Positions 40,435 through 53,400 of a stretch of 64,000 bases of DNA are shown here, one piece after another. The first letter of the stretch is position 1. Each line of letters starts with the position of its first letter. Made by a program: the position numbers and the translations under genes. Origin of the DNA: Podarcis filfolensis (Eukaryota); NCBI GenBank assembly GCA_964270895.1, contig OZ185439.1, one strand, 5' to 3'. Below the pieces are notes generated by a model. The model had not been told where the DNA came from and searched no databases. It was given only the letters and a program-made list of their open reading frames with translations.

Positions 40435-43400
40435 TTTTCCCCACCCATGCACCCAGCAGGTTTTCTTTGCTTATCAAGCTTCGGGAGGGAGGTGCAAGGG
40501 CTCCAGAGGATTAGTACTAGAATTACAAGCTCCAGATATGTTTCTGAAATTATTAAATGGAGCCAAAAAGAAACTGCCAAAAAATAAAATAAAAATTCAC
40601 AGTTGCATATCATGCTTTTGCAAAATCCAGAAGATTGTAGTGTGAATAAGTCACGGGTTTTGCCAAGAAAAATCCAAAGCATGGCTGACGTTCCCAAAAT
40701 TGTCACAAAAATAAAAATGGAATGCTGAGATGGCTCAGAACACTGACGCTGACGCAGAATAGGACAGGGCAAAGTGGGAGAAATGTAAGACCAAAGGGGA
40801 AGCAATCAAACACAATTGCTTGGTCATACTGCTGACCCCTGAAGCAGATAACCTCTGCTTCAGGAAATATGGTTTGCAAAGGATGGGGAAGGATAGGACT
40901 TGACCCACAGCCTCTGCTGCAAACCATGAGCACATGAGCAACAACTGTATGTTGTTCTAGTGGGAGCTCCACCAAAGCAATTGCCTCTTTTCCAGTTGGG
41001 CCTTTTCCTCCCCATACATTCCCAAGGAAGTGGGGTGTTCCCACTTCTTACGTCCCACTTTCCTCCCGTTTTCTGGCTCTTACCGCAATGTTAGGCTCAA
41101 TGAGTCGGTGCTGCAGTGCACGGGCCTCATCCCAGCTTCCAGCACAGCACAGTTGCTCAAGCTGACAGACTGGAGAGCCAAGCACGTTGGCAAGGGCACA
41201 AATCCCTCCAGCAGCACCTGGAGCAAGGAGCATAGTTCCATCAAAAAAGAATAGGGCACCTAGGCAGTGAAACGGGCATCTTTGCATGATACACACACCA
41301 CTTCCCCAGCATTCTTTCGCTCTCTGCTCATTTCAAACTAGCAAAGCCTGGACCAAATGTTGGGCTCCCTGTAGCAGCTTCCAACCCAAGGAAGGAAGGA
41401 AGGAAGGAAGGAAGGAAGATAGATCATACTCTGCTCAAGGGTAACCAAGTTGGAAAATGCTTTTTTAATCTCTTGACAAATGTTATAATGCACACCCTAG
41501 GCTACTTTGTAACCCTTCCCCATGTCCTGAAACAGCCATCCAGCCACTCTCTCCAGAACTGCCCCGTATGGACATCAGCTCCCAATATCACCTACCTACA
41601 ATGTAACTGGCCAGCAGAAAACCAGCTGATCCTGCCAGTACCTGGAAGTCCTCATGCTGGGTCCTGTGGACAAGCAGTCCGAGGCGGGTGATCTGGCAAG
41701 AGATGGGATCGCTTGATAGGGGAGGACAGCAGTAGGCATCCATCAAAATGAGGGGGCAGCAGTTGACGCTGACAATGAAATCGCTGCTCTGCTATTGCTT
41801 TATTCATGTCCCCTTTAAGCTACCAGGCAGCTCCTGGTCTTAAGAAGAGCATCAGCCCCTACAGCAACTCCCCTCTTTTTGCCTCACTTATCTAATGCTC
41901 TACCTACAATGGGCGATCTCAACATCAAGTGGGGAGGGATGGATGGACTATGCTACTATTAAGCAGAGGGTAGTAGTCTAAGGTCACATGGTGCTGTCAC
42001 ATTGTTAACAGCACAGCCTGCCTAATTCCTGGGTAGACGAGAGACCCACAAAGGTGGCGCTGAAGTTTTGGGAAACAGAGATAGTGTAATACCAAAAGGA
42101 GGTGAAATACACTGGTAGAATCACCACTGAAGGTCTGGGTTCAGCAGAGATCACAGCCGCTTTCCAGTCACATATCTCCTGATGGATTTGTTGGGGTAAG
42201 CAAATGGAGCTGTTTTATTACTGAAACGGCTGATTCCATAGCTCTACTGGCAGGATGGGCCACAGTTTGAAAGTGTCTGCGTATGAGTGTTTAAGCGTTT
42301 AGGGTTATTAAAGAGAGCACAAAACCTTTGCATCAGTTTGGAGGGGATCCAAATTTTGGGGGTTACACATTAACGAAGCTGATGAAAAGTAAGAGTGTGA
42401 GGAAACTGCCACCTGGCTGTGTCCTGAGGTGGAAAACAGCCTTAAGCTGTGGGAAATGATTACTTCAAAGTTAATCTTTCAATACTCTAGGAGGAGGGGC
42501 ATGCTCCAGATCCCCCTGTGGGCCATTAGCTTCCTTAAGAGGGCCAATACTGACAGGACCTCCAACTCAGATTCTTGCCAGCACCCCAATATGCGATCGC
42601 AACCCGCTTTGTCTCAGCACCCGGCCTTTCCTCTTTCACTCACATTGCCACCACTGTCCTTGATCCCCACAATGTTGGGGTGCTGTGCTAGGCTGAGCAC
42701 CACATTGGTGGGCAGCTCCAGATTCGTATTGGCCGGGACACTGTAGAGTATCACAGGGATTGGAGATGCTTCAGCTACCTGAGGACACAAAATAGCATGA
42801 TAGTGGCACATGGGGAAACCCACATGTAGACCGCGAGAAGCCTCCACACAGCAGGTTACCCTTCAAAGACTGGTTCACATGCTTCCTTTCACATAGTAAA
42901 ATCCATGTCAACCCCAGTCATCCCCTTGCTGTGGCAGATCTTGTATAGATACACTTACTATGTGTGCTGTTACACTTATTCGCCAATGTTTTCACTGGGA
43001 CTGGACAGGTCTGGTTTTTTTAAATTCTCAGTCATGCAGAGCGTGAAGCAATACAACAAACCTGTGGCCATGCAGATGATGCAGGACTACAACTCCCATC
43101 ATCCCTGACCACTGGGACATGCTGGCTGGGGATGATGGGAGTTGTAGTGGTGACACAGGTTTCATCATCCCTGCAACAAAATGCTCATTTTTCTGGGCTA
43201 TGTTTCTCTACTCTTTCAACACAGCAATGTTAAACAAGACTTGCAGCCCTAACATGGCAGCCAGTGGCTCCCAGGCGGTCCTAAGTGTCTGCCAGCATCT
43301 TTTGACTTGGGGAACCATTTAACTCTTTTCAGTACCTGCTTAAAACATTCTTGTCTACCCAGGTGCTTAGAAAGTTGAGGTAATTTAATCTGCTTTAGTA

Positions 43401-45477
43401 TTTTAACTCTTTTATGTTTTAAAGCAAGGGACGCGGGTGGCGCTATGGGTTAAACCACAGAGCCTAGGACTTGCTGATCAGAAGGTCACGGTTCGAATCC
43501 CCGCGATGGGGTGAGCTCCCGTTTCTCGGTCCCTGCTCCTGCCAACCTAGCAGTTCAAAAGCACGTCCAAGTGCAAGCAGATAAACAGGTACCGCTCCAG
43601 CGGGAAGGTAAACGGCGTTTCCATGCGCTGCTCTGGTTTGCCAGAAGAGGCTTAGTCATGCTGGCCACATGACCCGGAAGCTGTACGCCGGCTCCCTCGG
43701 CCAATAAAGCAAGATGAGCGCCACAACCCCAGAGTTGGCCACGACTGGACCTAAAGGTCAGGGGTCCCTTTACCTTTACCTTACGTTTTAAAGCATAGCT
43801 GTAAACCTTTCTTGGTTTTTTTTTTTAAATCTTTTTGGAAACCGATTTTTTTGTTTTTTACAATCATGTGGTGTATAAATTTTTATGAAATAAATAAATA
43901 ACGTCTCATACACAGGCTAAATAACTAATACTCAAAGGTCAGTCTCACTCCAAGGAAGAACATTGTGATAATGAAAGGGAACTCGACCTGGAAGAAGCAA
44001 GTCAAGTGTTTATTCATTCTGATTTATGGGTACCCTGCTCAGTAGCTGTGGAGATATAGCACATGTTTCATACCACACCGAACCCTGCAAATGAATCATC
44101 ACTGATCTGAATTAGACACAGAGAATGACTATTTAATATACAGATCTTTGTTCTAAAATTCAAGGTAGCTAGAGACCAAATGCTCTCTCTTTTCAAACCC
44201 ACATCTTTTACTTTCTCAAATAAGCTTTTTACTTTCTGAATAAATACTTTTTAACCCAGGCAAACACTGGTGCCTGCAATAAAAACCCTAAGCACCTGAA
44301 GGAGAAGTTGCACTTGAATTCAGAATTAAAGGTATTTATTTTAATTGCATTTCTATTGAAAATCCACTCATGCCTGCAACGTCAACCAACCTGTAATACA
44401 AGCTACCATCATCTTGGTACCATCTCAGCCTTCCCCCCAGTCCCTGTGGCTCTGACCAGAGAGATGCCTGCACTGCATCCTTCACCTGTTTGTAATGATG
44501 AATCAAGGCTGCACTGGTCATGCTTCCCCGGAAGTAGCAAGGCGTCACCACGAGGGCAGCATCTGCGCCCTTATCAGCCATTTGTGCTGTCATCTCAATG
44601 GTGCCCCGAGTTGCTAAAGGAAGGAGGAGAAAGAGGATAAATGGACAAAAATAATAAAAGGGTTTTAAGAGGCCTGTGGGACCAAAGGATGGGCTCAGTG
44701 AGATTAAGAGGCTCCGAGAACCAGAGGTGGAATCAGGGGATAGAAAGTGCCTATATAAGATAATTGCTCAGCTCTAGCATCTTAATTCAGGATGTGGTGC
44801 AGCTGGAGAATGGCATCCTCTGGCCCCATCCCCTGTATGCTGCTCACATTCACATCCGGTCCCAGCCAGCAGGAGCTTATCCTTGGGCATAGCTTGGCGC
44901 ACCCGTCTCACCACTTCCAGGCGTTCTTGTTGAGTCAGGTAGGGAAATTCCCCATTGGAACCCTGCACCACAAAACCTGCAAAAAGACAGAGAGAGAGTT
45001 GGCAATGGGAACTCAGCCATTTTCATTTCAAGAGTTTATGTTCTGCTTTTAAACAGAAGGACCCCAAAGCAACAGAGAAACACCAAAACCTAAAATCACG
45101 ATACAGTAGTACCTCGGGTTAAGTACTTAATTTGTTCCAGAGGTCCGTTCTTAACCTGAAACTGTTCTTAACCGGAAGCACCACTTTAGTTAATGGGGCC
45201 TCCGGCTGCCACCGCGCCACTGGAGCACGATTTCTGTTCTCATCCTGAAGCAAAGTTCTTAACCTGAAGCACTATTTCTGGGTTAGCGGAGGCTGTAACC
45301 TGAAGCGTATGTAACCTGAAGCATATGTAACCTGAGGTACCACTGTATAGATAGGTAGATAGATGATAGATGAATGAAAGAAGAGGTGCCAGAACTCACC
45401 ATGAACATCTCCCTTGCTCTCTTATAATCGCAATGGCACCCAACTGAGTTCTGGCAAGTTCTGGCTGAAAAAAAGCG

Positions 45478-45508
<31 letters not shown>

Positions 45509-48376
45509 TATAGCTAGCTAGCTAGCTAGCTAGCTAGCTAGATAACATGATAAAATGTAAAACAAATGAGCATGAACAAAACAAGCCCAAATAGCAGTAG
45601 AAAACAATAAAGCAGCAGTGAATAAAACTAGACGAACTAGGAGTGGAGTAGGAACCCTGATGAATTTTTTAAAAGTGTTAACCTGTAATTTAAACAATAA
45701 TTGTGCAAAAAGGACTCCATAAATCTGCTTGAGGAGGGTGCCAACACTGAGGTTTCCAGTGTTCCAGGCATCAGTCTAGCTCATGAAGTGTGCCTCCAGG
45801 GGTAAAGTCAAACCACTGGAGAATCACAACGCCTGCTGTGGCTGCAGAGACTGGTAACTCGTAACTGCTTCCTCCTAGCTGCTGTAATTTGAGCCTATTG
45901 GAGATTTGATGAAGTCTTCAAAGACAGCCCCACATCGAGCACATGACAGTAGTCTAACCAGGATGTTACTGGAGCTGAAGTCTGGTGATCTAAGAGTGGG
46001 CTTGGCCACAAAGTCAAGAAGGTGGTAAGTAGCCAACCAAATGAAGACTCCTGTCTCACAGCTATAACAACAGTTGAGTTACAGAAGCTTTCTACTCTTG
46101 CCTGCCAAACCATGTCCAAACCCCCAGGAGAAGAAAATCATGCTGGGCAGCATTACTGACTTCTTCCTGGCAGGGCTCCCGTGCCTTTAGCAGCTGCATT
46201 TCAGACAGAAATCCAACAGGTAAGGCTACAAAAGCAGGGATGGGGAACTGTCAGCAACATAGTAACTACACTGGAAAAGGGCAATCACTGTATTTGGATA
46301 GGTGGTGAACCAAGACCCTTTAGGAAAGAATGCCTGGGCATGTGGAATCCAGGAAGTATGGCAGCCGGTTACTGGTAGGGTATCCATGCAAAGTTGTCCT
46401 CTGCTAGTGAAGACTAGGACAGCATCATTGGGGGGAGGGGAAGGAAAAATACGCCAAAAATGCAGGTTCCTCCCCCATCTCCTGCAGAGCAGCGGACGAA
46501 GGCCAAAGTTCGTGCGGGCAGCCATGTGTGTCTTTGAAGAAATAGCATAGTTGACAATTCAGCTGTGTACCCCTTTCCTATTTACTGGAAAAGGTCCTGG
46601 TGGATGAAACAAGTAAATGGAAAGCTTGGTTTTGCTCTGTTAAATTGTCACCACTGGAGAAGTAGCAGTGCTAGCTCTGAAGGACCTTTCAGCACAGTAT
46701 GTGCATCCAGCACACACACACCCTCCAGCTGGCTGCGGATAACTGTGCCTACAATACAGTGAAACCACTTGCTTATCCATTTTTCCTGCAAAACGTTCTG
46801 TGCCTTTATCAGCTTCAGGGCAGAAGGTCTAGCAAGACATGTTGCATTTCTGTGTATCAGGTAGCTCTTAAAGGCATTGAGATTTTTTTTGTTTCTCTTT
46901 CCAGAGTTATAGAGAAGGGGGCCCCAGTTCACTGTGAACCTGCCCTCCAGGATGCAACAAGACCCCCACAAATCTGTTTGGAGAGGATATTCCAAGATGG
47001 GGTCCTTATCCCTAGCTACCTTACCATTGAATGAAGAGCAATTCCTCTCAAAGAGCTACACTTTGCAGAGCTCCCCCATGACGAGGGATTTGTCTTAAAC
47101 CATTCTGGAAATACAGTGGTACCTCAGGTTAAGAACATAATTTGTTCTGGAGGTCCGTTCTTAACCTGAAACTATTCTTAACCTGAGGTACCACTTTAGC
47201 TAATGGGACCTTCCACTGCCGCCGCGCAATTTCTGTTCTCATCCTGAAGCAAGGTTCTTAACCCGAGGTACTATTTCTGGGTTAGCGGAGTCTGTAACCT
47301 GAAGCATCTGTAACCCGAGGTACCACTGTAGTAGCTCTGGGAGGAGAACAGGGGTCTCCTAAGTACTCTTAGGAAGGCCTGCACAGCCATTGGGTAGGGT
47401 GAGGTCACTGCCTCAGGCGGTGAAAGCCCTGAGGCAGCATTTTTGTGGGTCTGTCCCACCACCATCCGCCAGTGAAGTGGCACCAACACCAGTGCAGACT
47501 TGGGGGGAGATTGCACAGATTTCAGGCAAGATCTCACTGAAATTGTGTGAGATCTCATACAATTTTTGCCAGATCCCGCTGGAAATTGGCACGGCTTTGC
47601 CCAAAATCAGTGCCAATGCCAGCACTATTTATCCAGCCATGGGCAGACTGGAGTAATCTTTCGTAATACAGCGCTCTGTGTGAAGCCTAAATTGGGTGCC
47701 CCAAAACTGATCTTCTCAATTATGGATTTTTTTCTGTTTTGCACCTCCTTGGCTCAGCACCCTGTGGGGGGATTCCAGCGCTGCTCCAGTGGGGATGGGA
47801 GGGCAGGTGGCAGCGGGGTAGGGCAGCATGTCTCCTTTCGCCTCAAATGACTAAACGGGAGGCGCTGCCCTTCACTCTCTGCACCTCTAGCCAACGACAG
47901 CTCTCAGGATTATTTGGGGGGAACGATGACTGTTCCAAGTGGCATCATAGCGCTTTAAATGAATGGTGTGGATGTGTAGTCAACAGCGTTGCCAACGCCC
48001 CCGGAACCCCACAGGAACAAACTGCGACCTACAGTTTCCGTCTCCAGAAAGTACAAAGTTGCTGCAGCATCCGCCCTCTCCACTCTCCGCCCGGTGCTCT
48101 ACCCCTCCTGCCGACCCTACCTCGGAAGGGAATCCCGGAGTAGAGGCGCAGGTTCTCCTCCAGCCGGCTGTAATCCACCTCTCCCTGCGAGGTGAACGGG
48201 GTGGCCAGGGGCGGGTAGATGCCCCGCAGGTCGAGGCGCCGGGAGGGTGTCGCTGCCGAGGCCCCCGCGGCAAACCTCCTGGGCGCGCTGCCCGCCCCAA
48301 TCCCCGCGGGGCGCAGGCCAGGGCCTTTCTGCCACTGCAGGCGCAGGAGCCGCGCAGCCACAGCCACTCGCACCAT
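39782..48376 (-). CDS. HOGA1: 4-hydroxy-2-oxoglutarate aldolase 1, mitochondrial (DHDPS/NAL family); exons 48376-48121, 44976-44848, 44613-44486, 42778-42644, 41692-41596, 41217-41084, 39931-39782; 342 aa
   Basis: [23 protein letters not shown], Schiff-base lysine motif GIKDSGG, C-terminus DFSSNGWL*. Arg-rich, acid-free N-terminal transit peptide and strong Kozak ggccATGg. Phases consistent (1029 nt). Confidence 0.97.
43428..43784 (+). mobile_element. Sauria SINE, full length
   Basis: Same head and tail as the 25871 copy. TSD gttttaaagca at 43416-43426 and 43785-43795. Lies in HOGA1 intron 3. Confidence 0.92.
45104..45345. mobile_element. Tc1/mariner-superfamily MITE
   Basis: TA|cagtagtacctc...gaggtaccactg|TA; same family as the 11345 copy. 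Confidence 0.88.
45479..45543. repeat. Compound microsatellite (TC)n(TG)n(TAGC)n
   Basis: Direct inspection. Other simple repeats: (CA)n at about 1903-1920, 16350-16371 and 54703-54727; (ATTT)n at about 37310-37332 and 40397-40436; (GGAA)n at about 41391-41418. Confidence 0.9.
45740..46130 (-). mobile_element. L2 LINE fragment, degenerate
   Basis: ORF 45895-46119 contains [19 protein letters not shown], the same L2 motif. Confidence 0.7.
47114..47328. mobile_element. Tc1/mariner-superfamily MITE
   Basis: TA|cagtggtacctc...gaggtaccactg|TA; same family as the 11345 copy. Confidence 0.88.
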
Positions 48377-48570
48377 GGCCCTGTCGCGACGTAGCGCTGC
48401 GCCCTGTGGGAGCTGCACAAGGCTTGATCGGGGGCGGGGAGAGTTGGCGAAGTCCGCGCCGTAGGCGTGGGGTGGGAGTCCAAGCAGATCGGCCTCGCCG
48501 CACCATGAAACCCTTATCAAACCCGAAGGGAGGAGCGGAGGAGGCGCGCTGGTTTGCAGCGGCTCCGTCA
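47980..48570 (-). promoter_or_regulatory. CpG island / promoter of HOGA1
   Basis: CpG-rich tract over exon 1, with GC-box ggggcgggg at about 48431-48439. Confidence 0.75.
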
Positions 48571-49024
48571 GCTGGATCCTGATAGGAAGCTAAGTCGTAT
48601 GCCCTGTTTCTAAACTTTGCAGGTGCAGAAAGTATGGAGAGTGGAATTGTTCATGACTGCCCCACGCCACCCTGAGCATAAATGCATAATAAAAGGAAGT
48701 TTGGAGGGGCCCCAAATCCCACCCGCCAATCTGCTTTTCTTTCAGCTAGCAAGGGTGAAGGATGGGGGGGGGGGCTGTGGGTTTGTTGGGAATTCTGGTT
48801 TTGGTAATTGATCCATCTGTTTGAACGTTTTAGATTCCAAGCCTAAAAATACTTATTAGGGAGAAAGCCTCATTATACACTCTAAGACTTCTGAGTAGAC
48901 ATGCATAGGACTATGTTGTTAATGCGCTGTTTCGGCTTTGTGAAATGTGGTGTTATATCTATTATGTATGTGGAACATGCTTTAGTCTTCTTAGGAGGAA
49001 GAGGCGTTTGCTGTCCTAATATTA

Positions 49025-49372
49025 AGTTAAAGGGACCCCTGACCATTAGGTCCAGTCGTGACCGACTCTGGGGTTGCGGCACTCATCTCGCTTTATTGGC
49101 CGAGGGAGCCGGGGTACAGCTTCCGGGTCATGTGGCCAGCATGACTAAGCCGCTTCTGGTGAACCAGAGCAGCGCACGGAAACACCGTTAACCTTCCCAC
49201 CGGAGCGGTACCTATTTATCTACTTGCACTTTGACGTGCTTTCGAACTGCTAGGTTGGCAGGAGTGGGGACTGAGCAACGGGAGCTCACCCTGTCGCGGG
49301 GATTCGAACCACTGACCTTCTGATCGGCAAGTCCTAGGCTCTGTGGTTTAACCCACAGCACCACCCGCGTCC
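49025..49372 (-). mobile_element. Sauria SINE, full length
   Basis: Reverse-complement copy. TSD ctgtc(c/g)taatatta at 49011-49024 and 49373-49386. Confidence 0.92.
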
Positions 49373-50326
49373 CTGTCGTAATATTAGGCACCAGGAATTT
49401 CTGTACCTTGAACAGCAGATCTTATCTCCTTTTGCTGAGCCAGTTTGGCATTAGTTGCTAGAAGTTGGTATTTAATGTGACATATGTTTGTATTCCATGT
49501 GTGACAGGTAGAGGAGATGGAGTTTGGGGCAGATATATTATTCCCAGCTACTGTAGTTAGTGAGTAGATTACACAGGATGGAGGTTCTGGGTATAGACAA
49601 TGAAAGACTCTGCAAAGATCTGCATGCAGATGGTTATATGAGCCTGCTGGGCCTCCATTGATTCTTTCACCATTCCTTCATTCCTGGAATAGCTTTTGAT
49701 TTGCAGCCAGTTTTCATCTCCAGTCATTCAATCATAGCAGCTCAGATCAGGCCCACGCTGAGATTTTTGCTGCTGCTCAGGCTCCGAGCCTTCCCCACTA
49801 CTTGAGGAAAGATGCACTGTTACATTAGAATCCCTAGGAGATGCTTTGAATCTTGACTTCCACATATGCCCCCTCCACCCCCATGCAACAGAGTGCAAAC
49901 AGTTTTGGACTGTAGCATCTCATGGGCAAAATTGTCATTGTGCACCTATCTGAATAATATGGAGCTGGATCAAACAGGCATTGTGGATAGCTCAGCTCAG
50001 TTGGACCTAGTGGATATAAAATTAGCACTTGTTTACCTAAGAATGCCCCTGCTCCTGTAACAGCTGTGGGGCTGGCAAAAATGTCACACATGAGGCTGAT
50101 AAGAGCAACGACTTGCTGAATTTCTGCCCCTTATGCACTTCTAAAGGAGTGGGTCACCTTCATCCCTCCAGAAGTTGTTGAACTCCACTCTCCATAGTTA
50201 TGCTGGCTGGGGCTGATGGGCCCTGGAGCCCCACAGTATGTGCAGAGCCACAAGTTAGTCACCTTCTGCTTCACAGCAACCCAAAGAGGACATCAGACTC
50301 CCGCGGGTTTTTCGTTTGCTTGGTTC

Positions 50327-50332
50327 TTTATT
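50327..50332 (-). terminator. AATAAA polyadenylation signal of ANKRD2
   Basis: tttatt on + about 75 nt past the stop codon. Confidence 0.7.
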
Positions 50333-50404
50333 GAGTGTTAATGGCACAGCCTCTCCCAAGTCCAGAACCGTCCTTGCTTGGACTTCCATCTTTTGTCCGT
50401 TTGC

Positions 50405-53400
50405 TCATGCTGGCAACTCTGTTGCCTCAGGCTCTCGCTTCTCCAGCACTTCCCGCGTGTCTGCCTGCCACAGCTGCACCAGGTCGGTGGGTGTCTTCCC
50501 AGCCTGTGGAAAGACCAGCATCCTTGGGTTACAAAACTGCAGCTTCTAACCAACAGACTGCAAAAAAACTGACACAGGCAGCACCTGAAATTAAGAAAGC
50601 ATGCTTCTGGGGTCTCCTCCAGACAGATTTTTATTTTATTTTTATTTTTTTGCAAATGTAGTCTGAAACATGTCATTGATACAATAATAGTGCCTTAGTG
50701 GTGGATTTATTCTGAAGCATCCACATCATTCCACTTTATTACTGTAGTTGTTCTGCAATGCTTCCACAATGATATCACTTTGCCACTGGGAGGGCACCCT
50801 TGCACTATAGCACAACGAAAGCAGGGGGAAGCCCTAAACCAAGAGCATCTGGGGTATGGCAGGAGACCATAAGACATGCACCAACTGGAAACAAAGCCAT
50901 ATGACTGTCCCAAAACTTCTGCAGGCAAAAGCAGAATTGAAAGTGACATCAAAGAGCACAAACCAGGCATAGGCAAACTTGGCCCTCCAGATGTTTTGGG
51001 ACTACAACTCCCATCATCCCTGACCACTGGTACTGTTAGCTAGGGATGGTGGGAGTTGTAGTCCCAAAACATCTGGAGGGCTGAGTTTGCCTATGCCAGG
51101 ACACAAACCATGATGAATCAAAAGGACATATTGGGAAGCAGATGTAAAGGTAAAGGGACCCCTGACCATTAGGTCCAGTCGTGGCCGACTCTGGGGTTGC
51201 GGCGCTCATCTCGCTTTATTGGCTGAGGGAGCCGGCGTACAGCTTCCGGGTCATGTGGCCAGCATGACCAAGCTGCTTCTGGCGAACCAGAGCAGCACAC
51301 GGAAACGCTGTTTACCTTCCCGCCAGAGCAATACCTATTTATCTACTTGCACTTTGACGTGCTTTCGAACTGCTAAGTTGGCAGGAGCAGGGACTGAACA
51401 ATGGGAGCTCACCCCATCGCGGGGATTCGAACCGCTGACCTTCTGATCGGCAAGCCCTAAGCTCTGTGGTTTAACCCACAGCTCCACCCATGTCCCTTAA
51501 GAAGCAGATGTACTTTGCATTAAATTAAAAAAAAAATTAAAAAATTGTCCAGTAGCACCTTAGAGATCAGAACAAACTTAGTTGGTCTCTAAGGTGCTAC
51601 TGGACAATTTTTTAATTTTTTTATTTCCTTTGACTATATCAGTCCAACACGGCTACCTACCTGAATCTAGTACTTTGCATTGTAATTCCATGCATAAGCC
51701 ACAAGGGGGAAACACTCACCAGGTTTTTGGCCATCATGTCTGCCCCATGCAGAATCAGCATCTTAATGATCTTGTAGCGATTGAGGCGCACAGCATCGTG
51801 CAGGGCACTGTCTCCCTCCTGCAACAGACATGGCAGCACCATTATGTGGAAGGCAAGGACAGGCAGCCACCAGAACACTTATGCTCACTGCTCATAAGAC
51901 TAGCAGAAATTGTTAGTTTATCCGCCTGCTCTTCCAGTTCAGATGGATCAAGTGTTTCGAAACGAGAGTCTGGGTGCACTGAGTATAGATAGCTTTGTGG
52001 ACAGAGATCAGTTGGTGAGCTAATGAGAGAAGAGCATGGCAAATACTGTACCACAAAAGACTTAAGCCAGCTGAACGTAAAGCCTTTCTGCGTGCCATCG
52101 ACAGAGTAGGCTGCAATTTCTCCATTCTAATGGATGGAAGGTACTAACTCTGGGGATTAGGGAATATCCATGGATGATCTCTCGGTTTGTGCATCCCTAG
52201 CTAAAAATTACTAGAGAGGTATAGAACTGCTGGTATACAGGGCAGCTCAGCCTTCAATGAAAAGAAGAGAAACAAGGACTAGGACTCAGGAACTGAAGGC
52301 AGTAAGGAAGGGGATATTATTGACATTATTAAGTTAATATACCACCTTTTAAAACTTGATCTTTCCCTTTTACCTTTTCTTGTTTTGTGTGCATGCACGC
52401 ACCTCCCTATAGAAAGGGCTTTGTATATCCATGTATTGTGTATTATATTTATAACCTGCCCTTCCACGGATTGGTGTGATTCCTACACAACCCTGTGTGT
52501 GTGTACAATTATACTGCCTAGACTCACATTAAGTTTCTGGAATTAGATGTAAGTCTACTGCCTAGACTCACATTAAGTTTCTGGAATTAAACGAGCAGGG
52601 TGCACTGCAATAAGCAACCACACAATGTGCCTCTTACCCGGTCACGGGAATTGACATCCACTCCATTGTTTATCAGGTGCTCCACAATCTCCGCCATGCC
52701 AGTACGGGTGGCCACATGCAGAGGAGTGCTGAGAAGCTGGATTTGGGTAGGTGGTGAAGACAGGAGCGAGAAAGGGGAAACATGATTTCATGTTAGTGCC
52801 CCTGCTTCCATCCTGTGCTTCATCATGTTCTTATTGGAAGGACCTTGCATTGCTCCAGAACAGAACCACCTTCCTGTTAACCCAGAATAGCTGCAAGATC
52901 CCACAGTCCCTTAAAACCTCCTTCTTTCCACTTCTCCCACGCAAGTCTCCTTCCCCCACCATTGTCTGCTTGCCGAGTTCCTCCCACAGTGCTGTTCTCC
53001 CACCATGAACCAAATCCTGGACTCCCCACTTTCCTCACCTTGTCCTTGACATTGAGATTGGATCCTTTCTCCTGCAGCAGCTTCACCACGTCCAGATGTC
53101 CTCCTCGGCAGGCCCAGTGCATGGCTGTGGAGTCCAGCTGTTGGCAAGCAGTACACATCCATCAGAAGAGGAGAACCTCTCCCTCCTGCACCTGTGTTCA
53201 CCCCCTTCCTTCCCTGCCCCAAACGCTTTTGAGATTCATGCAACTGCATCTCCTAGCGTTACTTAAAATAACAAAGCTGTAGTGGTCATGTAGGATTGCT
53301 ATGAGGAATTATGAAAAATGAAGCAAGCCATTGTGTCAGCGGCGAAAGCATCGCTTTGACTGGGTTTGGGTCATCAACATGATTTCTGATCAATCCCACA

